NCBI GenBank assembly: GCA_964485795.1 | Contig: CAZAJQ010000001.1 | Span: 142,014-206,013 of the forward strand | Direction: 5' to 3' | Origin: an uncultured Gammaproteobacteria bacterium | Lineage (GTDB): Bacteria > Patescibacteriota > Patescibacteriia > VMEV01 > CAZAJQ01 | DNA: 64,000 nucleotides | Shown: positions 48,715 through 57,034 of the stretch, piece by piece | How positions within the stretch are numbered: the first letter of the stretch is position 1 | Layout: every line of letters begins with the position of its first letter | The notes under the pieces: model-generated | What the model was told of the DNA's origin: nothing | Seen by the model: the letters and a program-made list of their open reading frames with translations, nothing else | Databases searched by the model: none | Position numbers and translations under genes: made by a program

Positions 48715-49025
48715 ATTTTTTATATACTTTCAAAATACATAGTATTGATATTTACTATGTTAATCTATTAACACAGAGATGTCAAACACGCTTTTTTTGC
48801 CTGTAGTTAAGGCTTTTTCAGAGCATTTACTAAACAGATTTAAAACATTTTCATAATTTTGCAGCGCCGAAAAACTTTTCTCTCCTCTCTGACATATCAT
48901 TCCCCATATAATAAAATTCAAGATAAAAAAATAAGCGAGTCACGTGAGGTTTCTCTTCGCATCTGATACAATAAGGCAACATTCTCTTTTCCCTTCATGT
49001 ATGAAGATTTGGAATGGAGGAATCT

Positions 49026-50801
49026 ATGCACACCGCCACAGTCAACGCCATTCCGAACACGACGCAAAAAAGCTCGCTGCTTGAGCTTCTTTCGCGTCAC
49101 TTCGGCTATACGATGTTTCGGCAAAACCAGCAAGATATCATCGAGAGCATCCTCGCGGGAAAAAACACGGCGGTGATCATGCCCACGGGTGCCGGGAAAT
49201 CCCTGTGTTATCAGCTTCCGGCCATGATTTTGCCGCATCTCACCGTCGTCGTTTCTCCCCTCATCTCGCTGATGAAGGATCAGGTGGACAGTCTCAACGC
49301 ACGGGGAAATCGATCGACGTTTATCAACAGTTCCCTTTCGTATGCCGAACAAACGGCTCGACTCGACGCGACTCGGAGCGGATCGTTCAAGCTTCTCTAT
49401 GTCGCTCCCGAGCGATTCGGCAATCAAGAATTCCTCGCATCGCTCAAAACCATTCCCCTATCGCTTTTTGTGATCGACGAAGCGCATTGCATCTCCGAAT
49501 GGGGACATGATTTTCGCCCCTCCTATCTGCGGATCAAAGACGCCATCGGCGAACTGAAAACCGCGGGGCAGTCGTTTCCCGTCAGCGCATTGACGGCCAC
49601 CGCCACACCGGAAGTGAAGCGTGACATCATCAAACAGCTGGCTCTGGAAACCCCCCGCATCTTCGTGTCGGGATTTCGCCGCGACAATCTCCGGCTGGAA
49701 GTGAAGCGCACGTCGGCTTTCCAAAAAATCGATTATCTTCTGCCGGCTTTGCGAAGCGCGCAGGCCGACGGAAGCGCCATCATCTATGCCGGAACGCGAA
49801 AAAAAGTCGAGGAAACCGTCATGGTTTTGCGGGAATACGGCATACCAAGCGACGGATACCATGCCGGCATGGAAAACGAAGAACGAAAAAAAGTTCAAGA
49901 AGATTTTCTTACGGGAAAAACGAAGGTCATGGTGGCGACCAACGCTTTCGGCATGGGCATCGACAAGCCGGACATACGACTCGTCATACACCACGATATG
50001 CCCGGAACTCTCGAAAATTATTATCAGGAAATCGGACGCGCCGGTCGAGACGGGAAGCCGAGTCGATGCATCTTGCTCTCCAGCGCCGGAGATCGTTACC
50101 TGCGCGAATTTTTTCTTGCCGGAGAAAATCCCTCCCCTCAAACGATCAAAGAAGTGTACCATTTTCTCATCCGCGAACACAGCCGCCACAATCACGCTGC
50201 GACCGGCGAATCGACTCTCTACGTGACGGGCACGGACATAGCCGGCAGCGTATCCGATGAAATCAATGAAATGGCCATTTCCACGGCTCTCAAAATACTT
50301 GAAAAGGAAGGATATATCGAACGTCTCAGCGAAAAAGACAATCCCGCTTCCGCGACGCTACTCCGTCAACCCGAAGAAATCCTCGCGGCCGTCGGCAATC
50401 GCGCCAAAAAACAAATCGAAGCGATCCGCATTTTCGTCTCCAGCTACGGAGCGGCAAAAAGTCGAGAAATCCGATTTTCACTCGATGATGTCGCCTCACT
50501 CATGAACGTGAAAAAAAACTCCGTGCAAGCCGCGCTCAACGCCATGAAAAAAAATCATCTCATCGCGTATGAACCTCCCTTCCGAGGACGCGGCATCAAA
50601 ATGCTCAAAACCTCGGGGCTCAACATGAACTTTGAAGCTCTAGAAGAAAAACGCAAACGCGACTACGGCAAACTCGATCTCATGGAAGCCTACGCCCATC
50701 ACTCCGGCTGCCGGCACGCTTATATCCTCGAATATTTCGATGAAAAAAATATTCTGAGATCGTGCGGAAGCTGTGATAATTGTCTCATGAAATCGCTATG
50801 A
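49026..50801 (+). CDS. recQ: Second RecQ-family helicase (no HRDC)
   Basis: MPTGAGKSLCYQ, DEAHCISEWGHDFRPSY, QEIGRAGRDG, terminal CRH...CGSCDNC; GGAGG before ATG 49026. Confidence 0.93.
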   Translation: MHTATVNAIPNTTQKSSLLELLSRHFGYTMFRQNQQDIIESILAGKNTAVIMPTGAGKSLCYQLPAMILPHLTVVVSPLISLMKDQVDSLNARGNRSTFINSSLSYAEQTARLDATRSGSFKLLYVAPERFGNQEFLASLKTIPLSLFVIDEAHCISEWGHDFRPSYLRIKDAIGELKTAGQSFPVSALTATATPEVKRDIIKQLALETPRIFVSGFRRDNLRLEVKRTSAFQKIDYLLPALRSAQADGSAIIYAGTRKKVEETVMVLREYGIPSDGYHAGMENEERKKVQEDFLTGKTKVMVATNAFGMGIDKPDIRLVIHHDMPGTLENYYQEIGRAGRDGKPSRCILLSSAGDRYLREFFLAGENPSPQTIKEVYHFLIREHSRHNHAATGESTLYVTGTDIAGSVSDEINEMAISTALKILEKEGYIERLSEKDNPASATLLRQPEEILAAVGNRAKKQIEAIRIFVSSYGAAKSREIRFSLDDVASLMNVKKNSVQAALNAMKKNHLIAYEPPFRGRGIKMLKTSGLNMNFEALEEKRKRDYGKLDLMEAYAHHSGCRHAYILEYFDEKNILRSCGSCDNCLMKSL

Positions 50802-51316
50802 ACCTCTCCACCACTCCGCTCGTATTTTTCGACATCGAGACCACCGGACTTTCTCCGAAAAACGAAGGAATCATCGAAATCGCCGGACAAAAAGTCCTCG
50901 ACGGGGTGATCATCGGGAAATATGAAAACTTCGTGAATCCCGGGATACCGATATCGTCGGGAGCCGAGGCCGTGCACGGCATTTCCAATGATTTTATCGA
51001 AAAAAACGGCATTCCCGTCGAAGTCGTGATACCGGAATTTTTGACGTTTTGCCGGGATTCCGTGCTCGTGGGACACAATATCATAAAATTTGATTTTCCT
51101 TTCATAAAAAAACATGCCCACGGTTTGGGCATGACGCAAATCGACAATATGCTTCTGGACACTTTACTTCTCGCTCGAAGAACTTTGCGACTTCCTCGCT
51201 ACAATTTGGGAAGCATTGCATCGTATTTTGGCATCAGCTACGAAGGCGCCCACCGCGCCATGACGGACGTGAACATCACCAGGCAAGTGTTTTACAAATT
51301 GATGGGTAATCGCTGA
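50798..51316 (+). CDS. DEDDh 3'-5' exonuclease (DnaQ-like)
   Basis: FFDIETTG, VHGI, GHNI.KFD, DTL, HRAMTD; ATGA overlap with recQ. Confidence 0.93.
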   Translation: MNLSTTPLVFFDIETTGLSPKNEGIIEIAGQKVLDGVIIGKYENFVNPGIPISSGAEAVHGISNDFIEKNGIPVEVVIPEFLTFCRDSVLVGHNIIKFDFPFIKKHAHGLGMTQIDNMLLDTLLLARRTLRLPRYNLGSIASYFGISYEGAHRAMTDVNITRQVFYKLMGNR

Positions 51317-51347
51317 GTACTGAACACAAGTACTCAGTACTCAGTAC
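51313..51347. repeat. Heptamer repeat in inverted arrangement
   Basis: CTGAGTACT-GAACACA-AGTACTCAG TACTCAGTAC between convergent genes. Confidence 0.7.
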
Positions 51348-51371
51348 GCTGGAATCATTATCCGCCACTTC

Positions 51372-53111
51372 TCACTCCAAAACGGACAACACGTCATTAC
51401 CCTCACCGCGGATATCCTCACCCGTGAAACGATCTTTGGCGATGATTGTGACGTCTTCTACAAGCGGAAAAGGTTTATTGACTTGCGAGACTTTTTCGGG
51501 AGAAAACTCCACTTCAAAGGCCAGTCCCACGCGCGAACCGAAATTCACGTTTGGGAGGCTCCAGACGAGTTGACGGCTTTGCGCGTCAAAACGAATCTCA
51601 CCCCCGCCGGCCTTGCTTTGCCCCGTAAAACTCACCTGCGGCACCAACGTCGAACTTACCGCGACATTTTCAATGTCATTGGGAAACGATTCAAGCTCAA
51701 AGAATATCCAATACTTGGTCTTTTTCCCGACCTCGGGAGGCAATGCGCCGCGCCCGAGCTGTTCTCCGTTCAGGCTGAAATATCGGGCATTCCCAAGGAT
51801 GCCGACCACACTGCTAAGCTTGAAAAAAATCGGCGTCGCCGGAATCTTCCACCGTGCGGGTTCTCCTTCCTTCGAATACGACACATGGCTTGAAAGCCCA
51901 ATCTCCTTTCCCGAAAATCGTAAAACCTCATCGGCTTTGAATGTTCCCGTATTCAAGGTGAACGCACCGGAAATTGTCTCGCCGACGGCCACATCTCGCA
52001 ATACAAACACTGATTTCGCCGCATCGCTTCGCAATGCGACACCTTCCGGCGTTTCAAAACTCATCAACGGATGGGAATCAAAAGAGATTTCAACGTTTTT
52101 CAGCGTTTTATTTTCATTGTTTCGCAAGGTAAAATTGAGAATTTGACTTTGACCGGAACTCAAAGTGCGAGTTTGCGGAAACAATTCAAACACCACGTTC
52201 GGATACCGTATGGGAACCGTAAAAACTTTTTCTTCCTGCTTTTGATTGCGGCCGTTTTCAAAAATCAAGCTTTGAAAAATAAACTGTTTTTCTTTATCGC
52301 CTTGGGCGTCCATGCGACCCCGTATGCGAATTTCACCTTTTTCGCGCTGATCAAGCGCGTCGATGATCCATCCTTCATCCGTGAGAAGCGGCTCGGAATG
52401 CAACACTTCAAAGGCCGGCGGGAAAACGGGGAAAATGCGGAAATTTTTTTGCGAAAATTGAGACGAAGTGTTTTCATAGCCGATGGAAATGTCAAACTCC
52501 TGCTTATCCACCAATTCCGAAGGCATGTTCACGTCAAAGGAAAACACGGAAGACGTCAGAGAAAAAATGACGAAGAAAAGTTTTTTTTCAAAATGAATGG
52601 AGCGCGGATCGGTTTTGTAATTCAAAAAAGCTCGCAAATGCTGATCCTTGCCGACATCGCCGATCATTTTCCCGGAAATCGTGAATTGCCCTCGCTGCCC
52701 GGGATCAAGCGTTCCGAGAGGGTAGCTGTTTTTTTCGCCGATAACCGATTCCGGCGCGGAGCGAATCGAAGTAAAGCCTTCAGGAAATAAAAATTCAATA
52801 AACGCGTCATGCAAGATCGTATCGGCGTTTTCATTGGCATATGAAACTTCAAACGCCACTTCTCCCCCGCTTTGCGCTTCGGAGGTCAAAAGTCGCAAGG
52901 ACGCATCCACGCGCTCGGCCACGAGAGCCCGGCCGTACCAGCCGAAAAGAAAAACGATAAACGCCGACAACAGCACGATGATGGTCAATAAAAAAACATC
53001 CGCAAAAAGATGCTTGGATCCGTGGATGTGATCCGGATGATAATGCCGATGATATCTTTTTTTGAAGTAGGCTTTCGAAAATGCAAACATAAAAAATAAT
53101 CTTTCTCTCAC
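51372..53111 (-). CDS. Membrane-anchored multi-Ig-fold surface protein
   Basis: One TM, repeated Y.N/P.GF beta modules, QLGRGALPP.VG..T.YWIF; start uncertain. Confidence 0.75.
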   Translation of the reverse strand: MRERLFFMFAFSKAYFKKRYHRHYHPDHIHGSKHLFADVFLLTIIVLLSAFIVFLFGWYGRALVAERVDASLRLLTSEAQSGGEVAFEVSYANENADTILHDAFIEFLFPEGFTSIRSAPESVIGEKNSYPLGTLDPGQRGQFTISGKMIGDVGKDQHLRAFLNYKTDPRSIHFEKKLFFVIFSLTSSVFSFDVNMPSELVDKQEFDISIGYENTSSQFSQKNFRIFPVFPPAFEVLHSEPLLTDEGWIIDALDQREKGEIRIRGRMDAQGDKEKQFIFQSLIFENGRNQKQEEKVFTVPIRYPNVVFELFPQTRTLSSGQSQILNFTLRNNENKTLKNVEISFDSHPLMSFETPEGVALRSDAAKSVFVLRDVAVGETISGAFTLNTGTFKADEVLRFSGKEIGLSSHVSYSKEGEPARWKIPATPIFFKLSSVVGILGNARYFSLNGEQLGRGALPPEVGKKTKYWIFFELESFPNDIENVAVSSTLVPQVSFTGQSKAGGGEIRFDAQSRQLVWSLPNVNFGSRVGLAFEVEFSPEKVSQVNKPFPLVEDVTIIAKDRFTGEDIRGEGNDVLSVLE

Positions 53112-55243
53112 TTCCCCTCGATCCGAAACACGTCTCTGGTCATGACGACGATATCCAGCATACCGTCATGATCCATATCCGACAAGGCCAAAGTGATTTC
53201 TGACGTGCCGTTGTTTCCAAAAGCTTGAAAGGATTCGCCGCGATGGCCGTCCATGTCAAAAACCGCGACTTGGGAATCGCCTCCGAGAACGGGACTGGCG
53301 ACGATTTCATCACGGCCGTCGCCGTCAAGATCGCCGGACACGACATGCACTCCGCCGCGAAACGTCGAGTCAAACGCGAAAAATCCGGCGTTCACCGCGC
53401 GTCCGTCCGGTCTGAACATGCGCACATGAGGCCCGCCCCCGACACCCGCGCCCGTGATGATTTCTTTTTGCCCGTCGCCGTCAACGTCTCCCACGGCGAC
53501 ATTCACCCCTCCGCGGAAATTTTTCTCATACGCGAAAAAACCGTCCGAAAGCAATTTTCCGCCGGTATTGAAAATCCTCACATGCGGGCCGCCGCCCTCA
53601 CCCGCGCCGGTAACGATCTCAAGGGTTCCGTCTCCTTCAAGATCGGCGACCACAAAATGCACCTCGCCGGTATAAGCTTCTCCGTACGGAAAAAATCGAA
53701 GCGTCAGCTCCCCGTTTTCTTCAAAGATGCTGATGGCGCCGTTTTGCGCCGTGAGGATTTCTTTGATGCCGTCAAAATCAATGTCCTGCTTGAGCACGGC
53801 TTCGTCTTCTTTTTGCGTCGATTCATAGGCGAAAAAACCGTTGCGAATCACCTCTCCGGACGCGTCGAACACTCTGGCAAAGGCGCCGTTTTCAAACACC
53901 GATGACGCGATTTCATTGAGAGGGTGCAAAAGCAGTATGCCGTCTTGGCCGTTGAGCGTCAGCTCGGAAACGATGCGTCCGTCATTGATATCCGGATCTT
54001 GACCGCCTCGTAATTTTTCATGGTCATAGGGCAAGGCGATGACGCGTTCGTCATAGGTGGAATTCACGAAAACGCTTCCATAGTCAAAATCGCGTCCCCA
54101 TACCCCCCTGCCAGAGGCAGGCAGGCTTCCGGAGGCATCCTTGCCGAGTGGAAACATGTTTTTCGCATCCGTTGTCGGAAATCCCAAATTCGCGTCATAC
54201 TCGTCATACCGCCACACATAGGTGCGGTCTTTGGGTCCGTTGTCAAAATTAAAATACGCATTTCCGAGCAAGGAGCTGCCCAAGGCGTATCTCATGGCGC
54301 GATAATCGTCGAATTTTCCGGAATCATTGACATCAGCGTTGAAAAAAACGGCTCTGGGACTTTTTCCAAAGCTGTCTTTTTCGATCTCTCGATAATTTTT
54401 CATGGCGCCGTTCCAACCGCCGCGCTCAAGATAGGGAAAATCCTCAAAACCTCGGCCATTGAGATGATCGGTGTAATAATTTCCAATGGTATTGCCGATG
54501 AGCAGGTATTCGTCTCCCACGATTTCGCGCATTTTCTTGAAAAAACCTTGATGACCTTCTTGCCAACGCCGGTCGATGAATGCGGCTTCATCGGCTTTTC
54601 CGTCATGGTCGATATCGATGCCTGCGGCCGACCACGATATCGAGTCCCATACCACGTCAAAAAAGATGCCGTCCCACAGCCCGCTTCCAAGCATTTGAAC
54701 CGCAAGATAGGTCGCGAGAAAATCGCCGTAAGTTTGTCCCTCCTTGTTTTTTCCGCTGAGATTCATAACCACGTTTTTTGGCCAAAGGCTGATTTCCTTA
54801 TTTTCCGCCGTGTTCAGATACCACTCCTCCGACATTTTTGAAGCCAAATCATGGTAGATTCCCTCGCGATCGATTTCGACGTCTTTGAGCCCGTACTTGG
54901 GAAACTCGGTGAGATTGAAATACGCCAAGAGTATGATATCGGGGTTTTTCTTCCGAAGCGCGGTCAAAAGATCCTTTCCCACTTCTTGGGCGGCGGGATG
55001 GAAAATCGCCACATCATATTTTGAAAATTCATCGGCAAGGTCGGCTCCGAGGTGATACTGGGAGCTGGAAAGGTACATCATGCCCGTACGTGGAAAATCG
55101 TGTTTTACTATCGACTCTTTCCAGTTTTGCGCAAACGCTGGGGCCATTCCCTGCGGGAAACTCGCGGAAACGAAAAAAACGCCCAGAAAAATGGGGCGAA
55201 GGAGTTTCATGAAAAGGCTGTTTTCACGGAAAAAAGAGATCAT
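53108..55243 (-). CDS. Secreted putative glycoside hydrolase (TIM-barrel) with C-terminal FG-GAP/VCBS repeats
   Basis: Signal peptide, NPDIILLAY, WDGIFFD, NGRGFE; repeats GD(V/L)DGDG..EI.TG.G.GGGPHVR.F. Confidence 0.8.
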   Translation of the reverse strand: MISFFRENSLFMKLLRPIFLGVFFVSASFPQGMAPAFAQNWKESIVKHDFPRTGMMYLSSSQYHLGADLADEFSKYDVAIFHPAAQEVGKDLLTALRKKNPDIILLAYFNLTEFPKYGLKDVEIDREGIYHDLASKMSEEWYLNTAENKEISLWPKNVVMNLSGKNKEGQTYGDFLATYLAVQMLGSGLWDGIFFDVVWDSISWSAAGIDIDHDGKADEAAFIDRRWQEGHQGFFKKMREIVGDEYLLIGNTIGNYYTDHLNGRGFEDFPYLERGGWNGAMKNYREIEKDSFGKSPRAVFFNADVNDSGKFDDYRAMRYALGSSLLGNAYFNFDNGPKDRTYVWRYDEYDANLGFPTTDAKNMFPLGKDASGSLPASGRGVWGRDFDYGSVFVNSTYDERVIALPYDHEKLRGGQDPDINDGRIVSELTLNGQDGILLLHPLNEIASSVFENGAFARVFDASGEVIRNGFFAYESTQKEDEAVLKQDIDFDGIKEILTAQNGAISIFEENGELTLRFFPYGEAYTGEVHFVVADLEGDGTLEIVTGAGEGGGPHVRIFNTGGKLLSDGFFAYEKNFRGGVNVAVGDVDGDGQKEIITGAGVGGGPHVRMFRPDGRAVNAGFFAFDSTFRGGVHVVSGDLDGDGRDEIVASPVLGGDSQVAVFDMDGHRGESFQAFGNNGTSEITLALSDMDHDGMLDIVVMTRDVFRIEGK
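54106..54126. repeat. Short palindromic repeat inside CDS (reads LPASGR)
   Basis: CCCTGCCAGAGGCAGGCAGGC; same core as the arms at 55451-55468 and 55629-55646. Confidence 0.75.
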
Positions 55244-55437
55244 ATCTAAACCTAAGGCAAGGGAAATTTAATGCAAAATTGAAAATAAATTATACAATAA
55301 AATAATAAAAAAAGCAACACTCTTCGAAAATATACAAAAATAACTGAAAAAAAGAAGGATATTGAAAGAAAATTATACCATAGAAATGAGGTTTTCATTA
55401 TTTCACCGCTTACAAACGATGCCGCCACTCCGCCTAC

Positions 55438-55659
55438 CGACGAAGCACCACCCCTGCCAGAGGCAGGCCTCCGTAAAGGAGCGCTCGTTTCGAAGCAAGG
55501 TATATGCCGCTTATCGCCGAAGCACTACCCCTCTGCCCTTCGGGCATCTCCCCTTGTCCAAGGGGAGGTGGCCGGAGGCCGGAGGGGTGAGCTCCGTGAA
55601 CATGGAGCTTACCTTGTCCGAACCGGAGGCCTGCCTCTGGCAGGGGTGAGGCTTCGTCG
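55438..55659. mobile_element. MITE/REPIN-like non-autonomous element (family B) with 36-bp terminal inverted repeats
   Basis: CGACGAAGCACCACCCCTGCCAGAGGCAGGCCTCCG matches the reverse complement of 55624-55659 at 34/36; encloses a CTCCCCTTGTCCAAGGGGAG hairpin. Confidence 0.6.
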
Positions 55660-55697
55660 ATAAACGGGGAGTGTCCCGTCGATACGCGGAAAAAAAA

Positions 55698-55725
55698 TAA
55701 AAGCCCATACGAGTATGGACTTTTA
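55698..55725 (-). terminator. Intrinsic terminator
   Basis: TAAAAGCCCATAC-GA-GTATGGACTTTTA followed by a T run on the minus strand. Confidence 0.65.
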
Positions 55726-55742
55726 TAATGAACGAAATTGAA

Positions 55743-56798
55743 TTATTTCTTGCACTTTTCATGCACTCTCTTCAGAGTGCAAAACTCTTTGACTACTTCA
55801 ATGAGAGCCGACACAAACTGGAGACATATCTCCTTTTCTTGTCTTAACATTAACTTGGTCAGCTCATGCGCATCTGATATTTCTTTTTTTTCGCGATTAA
55901 AAGATATCTGAAGCGTCTTTTCCTGCGCGTTCAAGGCTATTGTTTTGTCTTGTGCAGCCTTCTGCTCAAGCTCATTTTTTTGCTTCACAAGAGCCTCGTT
56001 TTGACCTTGTTCAAGTACCCTTTTTTGCGCTAACAGAATCTCACCATGATTTTTTTCGAGAGCCTTTTTTTGAGCCTCGAGAGCTGAAGATTTTTCTTTT
56101 TCAAGATCACTCTTCTGCTTTTGAAGTGCAACGGATTGTTTCGTGCTGAACTTTTTGTGAAGCCAATGATCGGTATTATCAAAGACTCCATTCAGTTCAA
56201 GTTTGAAAGCAGCTTCTAATTGATTTTTTTGCTCGGTCAAAGCATCTTTCTTCTTTTCGAGAAAGAAAGCTTGAACTTGATGTCCGGGATCAGACACGAC
56301 CTTTTTCAGCTCATCTTTTACAGCTTTCGTTACGGCATCCTGCTTTTCATCGGAAATTTTTTTCGACAAAGCATGGGAGGGATCAGCAAGTATCTTTCTA
56401 AATTCGACATCGGCATCAAATTTCGCCTTGATACTTTCTAACTTCTTCACCACCTCTTCTCTTTTTGCAATATCCTTTTCTCGATCCCCAAGCTTCACCT
56501 CTTTAAGCTCCACCGAGGCTTCACGTTCTGCGAGGATATTGTCCTGATTTTTTTTCTGAGCTTCAAGAAACTCCAGAACAAGCTTCTTGACGTCCGCATG
56601 CTCGGAATTCGTGTCAAAAATCTTCAATTGCTTCATGACTTTTTCAAGGTTTGCATTCTGATCTTTCAAAAACTTCACCTTATTTTCAGCAGCAATCCTT
56701 AACTTTTTTTCGTTTTCCAAGATTTTAGTCTCTTCATTCCCGAAAATACTTGAAAAACACCACAACACAGCACAAAAACTAAATACAACCTTTTTCAT
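55743..56798 (-). CDS. Orphan secreted Lys/Glu-rich coiled-coil protein, SD-led
   Basis: Signal peptide MKKVVFSFCAVLW; AAAAGGAG SD; repeated AL..QK..LE units. Confidence 0.8.
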   Translation of the reverse strand: MKKVVFSFCAVLWCFSSIFGNEETKILENEKKLRIAAENKVKFLKDQNANLEKVMKQLKIFDTNSEHADVKKLVLEFLEAQKKNQDNILAEREASVELKEVKLGDREKDIAKREEVVKKLESIKAKFDADVEFRKILADPSHALSKKISDEKQDAVTKAVKDELKKVVSDPGHQVQAFFLEKKKDALTEQKNQLEAAFKLELNGVFDNTDHWLHKKFSTKQSVALQKQKSDLEKEKSSALEAQKKALEKNHGEILLAQKRVLEQGQNEALVKQKNELEQKAAQDKTIALNAQEKTLQISFNREKKEISDAHELTKLMLRQEKEICLQFVSALIEVVKEFCTLKRVHEKCKK

Positions 56799-56864
56799 GA
56801 CAAAAACTCCTTTTCAGAAAATTAACCACTATTATAAAGAAACAATACGTTTTTTGAATAATAT

Positions 56865-56924
56865 AAATTATCACAAAATAGTATATTGGTCAATATTGAC
56901 AGTATTGTATAAATATGGCAATTT
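56865..56924. promoter_or_regulatory. Divergent back-to-back promoters
   Basis: Palindrome GTCAATATTGAC supplies minus TTGACC-N17-TAATTT and plus TTGACA-N17-CAATTT, both with TG extension. Confidence 0.55.
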
Positions 56925-57034
56925 ATGAGATTGGTTTTTTATGGACCGTTGTTTACAATTCAATGATTTTTTTGATGAAAAAATAGTTATTTGAAGAGAA
57001 TTTTTTGTTTTTGAAAACAGAGAGGAAGAAAAAA

